From: a virus
Lineage: Duplodnaviria; Caudoviricetes
Reading direction: 5' to 3' (one strand)
IMG/VR virus record: IMGVR_UViG_3300041583_000371
Span: 18,992-82,991 of that record
DNA: 64,000 nucleotides
The notes below the pieces were generated by a model that had not been told where the DNA came from, made no database searches, and saw nothing but the letters and a program-made list of their open reading frames with translations. The position numbers were made by a program, and so were the translations under genes. Below are positions 1 through 9,595 of the stretch, piece after piece; the stretch's first letter is position 1; the number at the start of each line of letters is the position of its first letter.

Positions 1-77
1 AATCTTAACTTAGGTGCTGGATTTCGTGGTTTCACGCCACATTTTTTTGCGGATTTGAATTTTAAAAGGATTAAAAC

Positions 78-614
78 ATGATTATTATAGAAAGCAGGGA
101 AGATACTTTTGATGTCGTTAGGTCAAAAATTGAGGCTCTTAAAGGTTCTTATTTGGTTGACATAGATACCATAACAAAAGTCCAGCTAAAAGGTGGAAAA
201 AAGAATCCAATGCAAGGCAAAGTAACTAAGTTGGTCGCTGGTTCTAAAGTTGTTTTGTGCTCAAATGTAAAGAATGCTTATGAAAGTATGGTAAAATCCC
301 GCATGGAAAAAGAAGGCAAAGACCCCGAAGAATTTGTTCTCAAACCACGCCCATGGGGAAGTAGAATCGAAGACACGCCGTTTGTAGAACACAAAGGCAA
401 CTTTTACATAGAGTGCTTTTTTAAAGAATCAGGTGCTTCGACATATTTCTTAGATGGCGAACCAATTGAAAAAGATGATATTGAAGGGTTGGAGCCTCCT
501 AAATCGTCAGAAGAATCACAAGGTGGTATCAGTGACAAGGTTATTATCCGAACATATGCCATGGAATCGATTGAAAGAATGGTTGTTCTTTCAGAAATAC
601 AAAATATAGAGTGA
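78..614 (+). CDS. hypothetical phage protein
   Basis: 178-aa ORF with AAGGA RBS; no recognised motif. Confidence 0.7.
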   Translation: MIIIESREDTFDVVRSKIEALKGSYLVDIDTITKVQLKGGKKNPMQGKVTKLVAGSKVVLCSNVKNAYESMVKSRMEKEGKDPEEFVLKPRPWGSRIEDTPFVEHKGNFYIECFFKESGASTYFLDGEPIEKDDIEGLEPPKSSEESQGGISDKVIIRTYAMESIERMVVLSEIQNIE

Positions 615-629
615 TGGGAAATATGACGC

Positions 630-2252
630 ATGGATGAAGATATCAACAAGCAAGACGAGGATAAAAACCAACAAATAGTAGACCTCTACAAAACTATCAT
701 AGCAGAAAAGAAAGGGTTGCCTGTATATAAAGATTTTCTTGTGCATGGCATAACCAGAGATATACTAAGAGGAAGATTTGGTGGAATAGAAACCCTTCAT
801 CAATTTGTAAAAGACAATCACGAAGAATTTCTTTCAGAGCATTTCTTTTCAGTTGATGACATATTTGCATCTAATAAAAACTTGATTAACAGCAACAAAA
901 AAGTGTTTATTGTAACTACTGCGGTAGGAAACTGTAAGGCCCATCACGGGTTTCTTGATGCTATTAAGACATTTTGCAAAAGAAATGATGCGCAGGCTGC
1001 AATCATGCCTTGTGAAAGCATAACCAATAGTTTCGAAAACAAAACTGCAGTTTTTGATCCAGTATTCAGTGATCCCTCATATTTGTTTGTTCAAGCAGAC
1101 ACGCCATTAAACGAAAACATTTCGCTATGTAGTATTCAAGTTTCGGCAAAACAAATTAAACCAATTACTGGGTTATCACGACTCGGAAACCGTGAAGGGT
1201 CTAATATTTTTGCAAGTCCTAAACAATTCTTAGAATATATTCCTGCTGGGAACAGTAGAGGTAAAAACTATTCAATAATGACAACAGGTGCTTGTACTTT
1301 ACCTCAATACTATTCTGATTTTTTTATGTCAAAGAGATTGTCATATATTGCAGATTTCGACCACAAGATGGGTGCTATAATTGTAGAAATTGAAGATGAT
1401 AAGTTATTTCATTTTAGACAAATACAATGTGATGAAAGCGGTGCTTTTGTTGATCTTGGTAAGATGTATATGCCAAATGGTCAGGTCAAAGACATACCAA
1501 TTAATATTGTATTTGGGGATCTTCATGGAACAAGTGTGGATAAAGACGCACTTGATGCATTCATCAACACCTTTTCAAAAATGAAAGTAAAAAGCATTTA
1601 TCTACATGATGTATTTGATGGGTACAGTATTAGCCATCATGTCAAATCTATAGTAGAAAGAAGCCAAAGGGCATTGAGCGGCGAAGAAGATTTGCATGAT
1701 GAGCTCGAACAAACCTTCGATTTAATTAAAAGCATTGATATTGCTTTAAAACCAAGCAAGATATATATCGTAAAATCTAACCACGATGAATTTCTCACAA
1801 GATACATATCAAGCGGTAGATATGTTGAAGACCCCAAAAACCACTACCTATCATTGAAGATTGCAACTGCACTTTTTGAAGATGAAGACGTGTTGAAGCG
1901 CGGGTTCAAGTTGACTAATAATAAGATACCTAATAGTTGGGTTTTCTTATCAAGGGATGACTCTTCAAAGGTAGCAAATATAGAATGTGGTTCTCATGGC
2001 GATTTGGGGTTGAATGGTGCTAAACCATCACTTAATGGCTTAGAACAGGTGTATGGTGATTGTGTGGTAGGACATAACCACACAGGCGCAATACAAAGGG
2101 GAGTGTTTAGAGTTGGTACTGTTTCCAAACTAGATTTAGGCTATAATAGAGGGCCTTCATCTTGGACTCACACCTCTTGCTTGGTGGCAGAAAATGGGCA
2201 GAGACAGCTTATTAATGTCATAAATGGAAAATGCACCAATTTACAGTTGTGA
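630..2252 (+). CDS. large calcineurin-like metallophosphoesterase-domain protein
   Basis: GDLH, HDVFDG, SNHD, HGD and GHNH metal-binding motifs in C-terminal half. Confidence 0.7.
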   Translation: MDEDINKQDEDKNQQIVDLYKTIIAEKKGLPVYKDFLVHGITRDILRGRFGGIETLHQFVKDNHEEFLSEHFFSVDDIFASNKNLINSNKKVFIVTTAVGNCKAHHGFLDAIKTFCKRNDAQAAIMPCESITNSFENKTAVFDPVFSDPSYLFVQADTPLNENISLCSIQVSAKQIKPITGLSRLGNREGSNIFASPKQFLEYIPAGNSRGKNYSIMTTGACTLPQYYSDFFMSKRLSYIADFDHKMGAIIVEIEDDKLFHFRQIQCDESGAFVDLGKMYMPNGQVKDIPINIVFGDLHGTSVDKDALDAFINTFSKMKVKSIYLHDVFDGYSISHHVKSIVERSQRALSGEEDLHDELEQTFDLIKSIDIALKPSKIYIVKSNHDEFLTRYISSGRYVEDPKNHYLSLKIATALFEDEDVLKRGFKLTNNKIPNSWVFLSRDDSSKVANIECGSHGDLGLNGAKPSLNGLEQVYGDCVVGHNHTGAIQRGVFRVGTVSKLDLGYNRGPSSWTHTSCLVAENGQRQLINVINGKCTNLQL

Positions 2253-2258
2253 GAAAAG

Positions 2259-2290
2259 AGGCGACCAGTATAACCAACTGGTCGCCTTTT
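2259..2290 (+). terminator. intrinsic terminator
   Basis: AGGCGACCAGT/ACTGGTCGCCT stem followed by T-run, just after stop. Confidence 0.8.
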
Positions 2291-2367
2291 ATATTAGGTA
2301 TGCAAAAAATGCACGTTAGATATGCTATAATAAATTACAATTTACTCTCTTTTTAGTGTAATGTAGA

Positions 2368-2375
2368 TATAAATA
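2368..2375 (+). promoter_or_regulatory. T4-type late promoter TATAAATA
   Basis: exact consensus upstream of small ORFs. Confidence 0.65.
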
Positions 2376-2401
2376 AGTACATCAATAAGATAGGAAATGA
2401 C

Positions 2402-2551
2402 ATGAGGTTTTTAAGAAATATTTTTGGATACAATAGTGTATCCATTGACATTAATATAATGAGATGGGCAAAAACAGAGTATAAAAAAGACTATCTGTTT
2501 GCTTACTATGAAATTACAAATGGTAGAATTCCATTTACTGGTGTTATGTAA
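2402..2551 (+). CDS. 49-aa small protein (MRFLRNIF...RWAKTEYKKDYLFAY...), not in ORF track
   Basis: manual translation; AGGAAA RBS; stop overlaps next ATG. Confidence 0.55.
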   Translation: MRFLRNIFGYNSVSIDINIMRWAKTEYKKDYLFAYYEITNGRIPFTGVM

Positions 2552-2739
2552 TGAAAAACACAATCAAATGGCTTAGTGACTTTATTTTTAAATCCCATGA
2601 CGATGAGTATAATTATTTGGCATCATCAGAAAACCTTGAAGATTTAGAAAGAAGGCAGCGTCTTTTGTCGAAAGGTGATGCACCGATACAGAAATATAAT
2701 AGGTTTTTGCCAAACTATAAAAATCAAATCGAGAACTGA
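2551..2739 (+). CDS. small DUF3563-like protein
   Basis: YLASSENLEDLERRQR resembles the YLA.S.D..DLE.R signature. Confidence 0.55.
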   Translation: MKNTIKWLSDFIFKSHDDEYNYLASSENLEDLERRQRLLSKGDAPIQKYNRFLPNYKNQIEN

Positions 2740-2764
2740 AAAGGGGGCATCGCGCCCCCTTTTT
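2739..2764 (+). terminator. intrinsic terminator
   Basis: AAAAGGGGGC-atcgc-GCCCCCTTTT. Confidence 0.85.
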
Positions 2765-2765
2765 G

Positions 2766-2773
2766 TATAAATA
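2766..2773 (+). promoter_or_regulatory. T4-type late promoter
   Basis: TATAAATA directly after terminator, upstream of 2835 gene. Confidence 0.7.
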
Positions 2774-2834
2774 GATTAAAGTGCAATTTGCGCTATCATA
2801 AATACACATATTATCTTATTCAGAGGAAATCGAA

Positions 2835-4919
2835 ATGGCTGATGATGACACAAAAAAGACAAATAAAAAAGACAATTCCAAAACTCATGACAGCAAAAAA
2901 TATATTGAGACTGGGCCTACAATGAACGAAGAAGAAATGGATATTTATCTTGAAGGATTAGATGATGATGATTTGTTATCACATTTCGATTCATTAGATG
3001 AGGCCCCTTTAAATATTGCACAACGAAGAAAACGCGCTATGATCATGCGCAAATTCAAAAGTAAAATTGTAGCTGCAAGGGCGCGTTCAAAGAAAAGAAA
3101 AGCATCACCAGAAAAGTTGAAGCTAAGAGCTCGAAAAACTGCTCGTAATATGATACGCCAAAGGCTTATGAAAAATAAATCATATAGTGAAATGACACCT
3201 TCTGAAAAAGTGGCACTAGACAAGCGGCTGGCAAGAGTTCCCAAAGCAGCGATAGACAGAATAGCAACAAGACAACTGCCCATAGTTAGGAAGGCGGAAG
3301 TCGAAAGATTGTCAAAATTGAGATCAACTAAGAAAGAATCTTTAGACAATCGGTTCGAAGACTTTCTGTATGAGGCTTCTTTAGCAGACACAAACATCAA
3401 AAAAAGATATCACATGGCACTTGAAAAAGATAACTCTGTAAAATTTGATAACAGATTTAAGATTTTCAGCAAAAAAAATAGCGAGCAGACTGAATCTATT
3501 GCGGAATCAGAAAAGCTTTGCGAAATAGTTGAAGCATATGAAAATTATTTGTTTGGCGAAAGTATAGATTACCAGAATCTGGACGAACAAACGATATTGG
3601 ACAAAGTTATAAGCGCAGTTCATAAACATGTCTTGAAGGGCACAAATTTGTATGACATAGCATATGAAATTAGTGGTGCAGCAGGCGTTAGCGTTGGTCC
3701 TAGAGAAATCATGAACATGTATATTAAAAAGTTTGGCGACCCAAATATAAAAGAACCAAAAGATCATTCTGCATTAAAAAGAAAATATGGTTTCAAGGAA
3801 AATAACTCCACGCCGTCACAGCGCGAATATGGCACCGATAGTTTGGTAAGGATATTAAAAAAAGACACGCCATATCAAAATGAGTCAGCATTAAACTCTA
3901 TGATACGACGTGGTATGAATGTGGCATTTGAACAGCCATCTATTATAGGGCAACCGATATCAACCAAAGGCATTTTCGTAGGAACTGATGCTAAAACTGG
4001 CAGAATGCGCATACGCGAACGAGATGGTAAGTTGCATATAGTTAAGCATGAATATGTAGAAGCAATTTTAGAATCCAGAAGCGTAATGGGCCTGAAAGAA
4101 TACAGCATGTCATTACCTAAAGCCAAAGATACACTTGGCATCAAAAGAGATAAAATGCCACAAGTTTCTAGTAAGGACATGGATGATTTTAAGAATTATC
4201 TCAAATCCAATAACGTATCAATTGATAAAAAAATTGCAGACCCATCAAAACTAATGGCATCACAAAAAGAATTTGATGCTGACAAAGTTGCTGATAAAAT
4301 GGCGAAGATGAACAAATCTAATGTAGAGCCAAAAGCTATAATCATAAGCTCTGACAACTATGTGATTGATGGTCATCATGGATGGTTAGCTGCAAAGAAC
4401 CTCGGCATAAAAATTCCTGCTCTTAAAGCAACGATGAAGGCCAAAGAGTTGATAAAATTGATCAACAAGTATCCAAAAGTAAAAAATGTTGGCATAAACG
4501 AGAGTGGTCTTTATGAGGCATTTTCGGGGATTAATGAAAACGATTCTTGTACTGTTCTGACTATGGCGCAAATGCGCGAATTTGAAAAACTGGTAGACAA
4601 ACTATTTGCCAAGTTTAAAATTGATTTTGACTTCACTAAGCATTTTAGAGAAAGAATGTCTGATGAAAGAAATTCGCCTTGTATTACTATGCGTGAATTG
4701 GCGGCTATGATTAAAAAAATATATGACCTAAACAAAGCAGATAGTAAATCATTGACAAAATTTACTGACACTGAAGCGGTCATAAAAGATATGCAATCAA
4801 ATCTTAATATGCCTATTGCAGTAGAATATAATAGAAGCAAAGATGAATTGCGTGTGGTTGCTAAAACGATAATGCGCAAAAAAGACTTCCGCACCCCCAA
4901 CACAATAGTAAGAGTCTAA
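2835..4919 (+). CDS. multi-module putative head-internal protein with ParB/Srx-like domain and possible RelE/RegB-like C-terminal domain
   Basis: IIISSDNYVIDGHHGWLA ParB-like motif; C-terminal FTKHFRER; many L/I-x-E sites. Confidence 0.55.
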   Translation: MADDDTKKTNKKDNSKTHDSKKYIETGPTMNEEEMDIYLEGLDDDDLLSHFDSLDEAPLNIAQRRKRAMIMRKFKSKIVAARARSKKRKASPEKLKLRARKTARNMIRQRLMKNKSYSEMTPSEKVALDKRLARVPKAAIDRIATRQLPIVRKAEVERLSKLRSTKKESLDNRFEDFLYEASLADTNIKKRYHMALEKDNSVKFDNRFKIFSKKNSEQTESIAESEKLCEIVEAYENYLFGESIDYQNLDEQTILDKVISAVHKHVLKGTNLYDIAYEISGAAGVSVGPREIMNMYIKKFGDPNIKEPKDHSALKRKYGFKENNSTPSQREYGTDSLVRILKKDTPYQNESALNSMIRRGMNVAFEQPSIIGQPISTKGIFVGTDAKTGRMRIRERDGKLHIVKHEYVEAILESRSVMGLKEYSMSLPKAKDTLGIKRDKMPQVSSKDMDDFKNYLKSNNVSIDKKIADPSKLMASQKEFDADKVADKMAKMNKSNVEPKAIIISSDNYVIDGHHGWLAAKNLGIKIPALKATMKAKELIKLINKYPKVKNVGINESGLYEAFSGINENDSCTVLTMAQMREFEKLVDKLFAKFKIDFDFTKHFRERMSDERNSPCITMRELAAMIKKIYDLNKADSKSLTKFTDTEAVIKDMQSNLNMPIAVEYNRSKDELRVVAKTIMRKKDFRTPNTIVRV

Positions 4920-4944
4920 TTCTTACCCACAAAAGGACGATAAA

Positions 4945-5666
4945 ATGAAGACGTTTAAAGCACTAAATGAAGAACTTTATATTGAAGGCCATGAAGAGTA
5001 TTTGGGCGATGATATGACACAAAAAGAACTAAAAATTGCAATATATTCTGCTAAAAATATACTTGAAATGCTTCAAGATGGTGAAATGATTCAAAGGTGG
5101 CAAATAAGTGCTATTGTGAAAGCATCTGATGAATTGGCATCTGTATATTCAAGCATGAGCGTAGACATGGATGATGATATGGATGATGATATGGATGATG
5201 ATATGGATGATGATATGGATTACGAATATGAAGATGAATATTATCAAGACGAACCAATGTATGGTCAATATGGATATAACATGTATGGTGAAGATAAAGA
5301 AACCCACAAAACAAAAGACGGTAAAACTGCCAAAAAAGGTCTTTGGTATAATATAAATCAGCGCAAGAAAAAGGGTCTTGCACCCAAAGAAAAAGGCGAC
5401 GAAGGATATCCAGAAACTTTGGATATTGACGAGGCAATAGAAGTCTCTACAAGTAGATACATGAAAACTCATGGTAAAGCCCCAAGAGATTCGGGTGGTT
5501 CTGGCACTTATATGTTTACTGCAAAAAAGACGGGTGAGGTAGATATAAATAATGAAAAAGAAGTTCACCAAGCATACGGTACATTTGCGGGTGCAAAACA
5601 ATCTGCAAAAAATGGGCAAAAGAAAATGGATATGACTCCGTTTATGTCTTAGAAAATAAACTGTAA
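4945..5666 (+). CDS. putative head-internal protein; C-terminus probably frameshifted at A-run 5607-5612
   Basis: MKTFKALNEE leader; adding one A gives AKKWAKENGYDSVYVLENKL* ending 5666. Confidence 0.55.
5167..5220 (+). repeat. 12-bp tandem repeat ATGGATGATGAT x4.5 (MDDD repeats)
   Basis: directly visible in sequence. Confidence 0.95.
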
Positions 5667-5685
5667 ATTGATTGGAAGAACCCAA

Positions 5686-6399
5686 GTGAAAAGTTTTCAA
5701 GAACATAGAAATCAATCTGAATACATCCTTTATCTTGAAGCTATTGAATTGTACGAAAGTAATATACTAAACGAGTTTATTTCAGGAATCGCTGGGAACC
5801 TCAAAAAGTATTACGACTTTATTAAGGATATAGCACAACAGGTTAAGGTCGGAATTAAAGACATTGCTGCCATGTTAAAGAACAAGAAGATTTTTGAATT
5901 TTTTCAAAAAATAAAATTTTCAATGGCAAATCTATTTTCTAAGGTTAAACTTGGGTTCAAATACTATAAAGAATTGCGTTCAGCTATTTCTGAATATCTT
6001 TCGTCTACAAAAGTTGTTAAGTGGACAGAAGAAAAACTTCGTGGTTTAGATGCTTTTCTTTCAAAGCACCCAAAGACAAAAAGATTAGCAGGCGTTGCGG
6101 TTGGTGCTATCTTATTATACATATGGCTGAATATGAGCTTTACAGGTGACTTTGACTATGACTTTGATCAATCTACCCTAATTTCCGCTTTGATGGGGAA
6201 TTTTACTTTATCAGATATATTTTCAGGGCCTGAAGGCATAAAACTCATTACACTTTTTGTAACTGGTACTTTATTTAGTTTTCCTTGGCCTGGCCCTCAA
6301 GCGGCACTGTTTTCATTATCTCTCCTGTATGGACTGTCTAAAACTGTTGGGTTGCGCGATCTTGCGATGAAATTCAAACAAAATATGAGCAGAAAATAA
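5686..6399 (+). CDS. putative virion protein with hydrophobic C-terminal segments
   Basis: GTG start gives MKSFQEH leader; TM-like stretches in C-terminal half. Confidence 0.55.
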   Translation: MKSFQEHRNQSEYILYLEAIELYESNILNEFISGIAGNLKKYYDFIKDIAQQVKVGIKDIAAMLKNKKIFEFFQKIKFSMANLFSKVKLGFKYYKELRSAISEYLSSTKVVKWTEEKLRGLDAFLSKHPKTKRLAGVAVGAILLYIWLNMSFTGDFDYDFDQSTLISALMGNFTLSDIFSGPEGIKLITLFVTGTLFSFPWPGPQAALFSLSLLYGLSKTVGLRDLAMKFKQNMSRK

Positions 6400-6428
6400 A
6401 GCATTTGGTGTTTATCCAAATGCTTTTT
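6398..6428 (+). terminator. intrinsic terminator, followed by late promoter TATAAATA at 6431-6438
   Basis: AAAGCATTTGG/CCAAATGCTTT stem plus T-run. Confidence 0.75.
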
Positions 6429-6492
6429 CTTATAAATACAAGTGACATAATTAAATAAATTGCAATAGTCCAGTTAACAAAAAGAGGCTCAA

Positions 6493-7074
6493 ATGATAAA
6501 AGAATTGCTCGCCCAAATTATGAAAGAATTCGCTCCAACTACTATTGTAGAAAAAAACGAATTACAAGAAGCCGTGGAAATACTTGCGGAAGCTGACTTT
6601 AGTAAATCACATCTGGAGATGCTTAAAACAGCATATGCTGGTATTAAAAAAATTGACCCTGATAGTGAAGCATATAAAAAGATGATAAAAATGCTTGATG
6701 CCATGTCAGATAAGCAAATTGCTACTGTAGCAAAATCAGATATAAATTTTCTTAGTCTATTAGCAAAAAATAGGGTGATCCGTCGGGGATTGAAAAAAGA
6801 AAGCTTATCGGAAGATTCTAAATATACCGTAAACCACAAAACATTTTCTTCTGCTGTTCAACATGCACAAGCACAAGCCGAAAAACAGGGATTTGAGATA
6901 GATGGTGATGAATGGGATAGAAAAGTTGCAATGGGGCCAAAAAAGCCAAGTAGTGGCAAGACTAACCGATATATAATTGATTTGATGAAAAATGGTAAAG
7001 AAGTAAATCGCAGACTTCATATGCAAGTTTATTATGATGAAGGCAGATTTGAATTGAACATGTATATCCAATAA
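6493..7074 (+). CDS. putative head-internal protein
   Basis: late promoter upstream; ILAEA and KKESLSED linker-like motifs. Confidence 0.5.
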   Translation: MIKELLAQIMKEFAPTTIVEKNELQEAVEILAEADFSKSHLEMLKTAYAGIKKIDPDSEAYKKMIKMLDAMSDKQIATVAKSDINFLSLLAKNRVIRRGLKKESLSEDSKYTVNHKTFSSAVQHAQAQAEKQGFEIDGDEWDRKVAMGPKKPSSGKTNRYIIDLMKNGKEVNRRLHMQVYYDEGRFELNMYIQ

Positions 7075-7102
7075 ATAACAATAACATATAAAGGAGATTT
7101 CA

Positions 7103-7531
7103 ATGTCACTATGGGGAAAATTAAACGGTGCACCACTAACTGGAACAGTATCGTTAGCAGATGATACCACAACGGTAACTGGCACCTCAACGCTTTTTAC
7201 GTCAGAACTTTCTGTCCGTAATGTAGTTGCTTTAGACTCAACAGAAGATATGTATAGAGTATTATCTATTGTATCAGATACAGAAATGACAGTAGAACCT
7301 GTCGCTACCGCAGAGTATGTAGATGTTGCGGGATCTTTCAATCAAGTACCAAAATATCTGCCACTAGACAAAGCTATCACTGTCGACCTAATATCTGTGG
7401 CGACCGCACAGACTGTCGAATCGCGCTTGATAGGCGTCAAAACACCCGGTTGGACCACTACACAAACCTACACAGACCAAAATGGTAATACAAGACGTAG
7501 AGTTGAAACTTTAATTGCTTTGAAGCCCTAA
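7103..7531 (+). CDS. putative virion structural protein
   Basis: Thr/Val-rich beta-type sequence, MSLWG start, AAGGAG RBS. Confidence 0.5.
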   Translation: MSLWGKLNGAPLTGTVSLADDTTTVTGTSTLFTSELSVRNVVALDSTEDMYRVLSIVSDTEMTVEPVATAEYVDVAGSFNQVPKYLPLDKAITVDLISVATAQTVESRLIGVKTPGWTTTQTYTDQNGNTRRRVETLIALKP

Positions 7532-7532
7532 T

Positions 7533-7907
7533 ATGAGATTAGATGAATCGACCTTTCTCCAATTTGCAATGAAACATTATGATAACCCACATTGTCACGA
7601 CATTGCGGAATTTGAAGAAGATCTTAAAAGATTTCAGTATATTCGAAAACTTTTTAATAGATATAATATTGATGGTGATTTGAGAGAAAGGTTGATTCTA
7701 AATCATATTATTATTATATATAACACTTTCGGAATAGGTGCCACAAATATGTTATTTTTTAAACTTGATGAGTATGCCACAAAATTAAAACCGTTTATTC
7801 ATTTTTTAAATAGGCTACCCGAAAAAATAGAGTATAATGGAAATGTTATATATACTAATACAATAGAAACAGATATCATAATAGAAAAAAAATTAAAGGA
7901 GATATAA
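7533..7907 (+). CDS. conserved T4-like phage hypothetical protein
   Basis: FAMKHYDNP..EF.EDLKRFQYI..LRERLILNH pattern recalled from T4-like myoviruses. Confidence 0.65.
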   Translation: MRLDESTFLQFAMKHYDNPHCHDIAEFEEDLKRFQYIRKLFNRYNIDGDLRERLILNHIIIIYNTFGIGATNMLFFKLDEYATKLKPFIHFLNRLPEKIEYNGNVIYTNTIETDIIIEKKLKEI

Positions 7908-8891
7908 ATGTCACTTAAAGATATAATAAGCGCAAGTATAGAATCTAACCCAATTGGCTTAAAAGAAGCATTTTCATTAGCTATTAATGAAAGAATTAAA
8001 ACTGCATTGGAAGAAAAGAAACTTGATGCCGTAAACGCCAAAGAACTTAGCAAAGACTTTAAAGACCGCGACGACAAAGACATTGACAATGACGGTGATG
8101 AAGATGATTCAGATGAGTATCTACATAATCGTAGAAAAACAATTGCTAAAGCAATCAAAAAAGAAAGTCTTGATGAAGCCAAAAAGTATAAAATTACAAC
8201 GGATGAAACTAAAAAGTATCAACAGATGGGTGCCAACGCATTCAAATCTGGGATCACCGCTCCTGTTCTCGACCCTGCATTGTCGCATATTTTTTCGCGT
8301 ACGGCATCGCATGAATCTAAGATAGAGTTCATGAAAGCATGGCTTCGTGGTTGGAACATCGAAAATCTAAAAGAAAGTCTTGATGAAGCCAAGATGGACG
8401 ATTCAGAAGTCCTAAAAGCCGCCAAGTCACTTGCTGCTAATGGCAAAGATGCAAAGTCAAAAGCATTTGGAAAAGGTCTTGTAGATTTTTATGCAAAAAA
8501 TGATTCATTCACACCAGCACAAGTAGGTGGTCTGCAAAATATTATGAAAAATGCAAGCTTCCAATTTGCCAAAGAAGACTATATGCTTGAAGCCAAGATG
8601 CCTAAAGCCGCGTTCGGTAGCAACGATGGTTTCAGCTATGCGGTAAATTTGAATGGCGCAGATAACGAATTTTTCAAACAACCTTTTGGTCGGCAACTTG
8701 ATACGCTAAAGAAAGTAAAAGAATTCACTGCTAAAGCTAAAAAAGGCTCTGTAGGAGCAAAAGGAAAACCAACACTTGCTGCTGTTAAAGATTGGGTGAA
8801 AATGAATCAACCAACACAGTTTTATGCAAAGTGGAAAATGGACAGTAAATCATACAAAGATGACAGTGTAGAAATATACTACACTGATTAA
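7908..8891 (+). CDS. prohead-core-like N-terminus fused to repeated cargo modules
   Basis: N-terminus shared with the 10461 ORF; two KESLDEAK linkers. Confidence 0.55.
   Translation: MSLKDIISASIESNPIGLKEAFSLAINERIKTALEEKKLDAVNAKELSKDFKDRDDKDIDNDGDEDDSDEYLHNRRKTIAKAIKKESLDEAKKYKITTDETKKYQQMGANAFKSGITAPVLDPALSHIFSRTASHESKIEFMKAWLRGWNIENLKESLDEAKMDDSEVLKAAKSLAANGKDAKSKAFGKGLVDFYAKNDSFTPAQVGGLQNIMKNASFQFAKEDYMLEAKMPKAAFGSNDGFSYAVNLNGADNEFFKQPFGRQLDTLKKVKEFTAKAKKGSVGAKGKPTLAAVKDWVKMNQPTQFYAKWKMDSKSYKDDSVEIYYTD
8159..8392 (+). repeat. 24-bp direct repeat AAAAGAAAGTCTTGATGAAGCCAA (8159-8182 and 8369-8392)
   Basis: identical copies 210 bp apart, in frame. Confidence 0.9.
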
Positions 8892-8995
8892 TTATAATCC
8901 CGAGTTAGATATCAGTTTCATCTAACTCGGGATTCATATCCTTGTGTATTGCATATCAGGGCAAAGAAACTAAAAATAAGTAGAAAGATTTTTGT

Positions 8996-9577
8996 ATGCT
9001 AGACTTATTCCTCGTATATCAGTTCATTCGGAGGCTTGCCACGCCATTTGTGGAATGGGATGCCTATAAACTTGGCATAATTGATGAAAAGGGGGAAGTG
9101 CTTAGAAAGCGCAAAACCCTTGCAAGACGTGAAGAAAAAAATGCTTTTGGTATATATGATGTTATGCTTCTTAACATAAAAAAGCTATTAGAAAAAATCC
9201 CAGGTGGAAGCACAAGGCTTGGTTCTTATGCAGCTGCACTATATTTAATTCGTGAATGGAATCATTTTTCAGACAACACAATGCTGACCGAAGATGTTAC
9301 AGATAACGAATTGAACCTCGAAGATTTATCTATATACGTTAATAATATAATAAAAGAAAATAATGTCAATATCAAAGATGATATCAATTCTCTTTTTGAA
9401 AAGGCATTTGATGAAGATGCGCCAACTATGAATGTCGGCTCTGGTAATATTGCTGGAATGGGTGTTGGTCCACAAGGTGAAGTCGGTTTCACCCCATCGC
9501 AAGTGAGAAAATACAAAAAAGGTAATCAAAAGACCAAAAAATTCAGAGATATGATTACAGACATCAGAAATGCATAA
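8996..9577 (+). CDS. conserved T4-like phage hypothetical protein
   Basis: YQFIRRLATPF..W.AYKLGIIDEKG...SYAAALYLIRE pattern. Confidence 0.65.
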   Translation: MLDLFLVYQFIRRLATPFVEWDAYKLGIIDEKGEVLRKRKTLARREEKNAFGIYDVMLLNIKKLLEKIPGGSTRLGSYAAALYLIREWNHFSDNTMLTEDVTDNELNLEDLSIYVNNIIKENNVNIKDDINSLFEKAFDEDAPTMNVGSGNIAGMGVGPQGEVGFTPSQVRKYKKGNQKTKKFRDMITDIRNA

Positions 9578-9595
9578 ATTCTAAAGGAAATAGGC

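Noticed and set aside
5111-5715. His-Pro-Tyr, Ile-His and Met-Ile-Trp repeat ORFs
   Set aside because: Alternative-frame readings of the 12-bp MDDD tandem repeat
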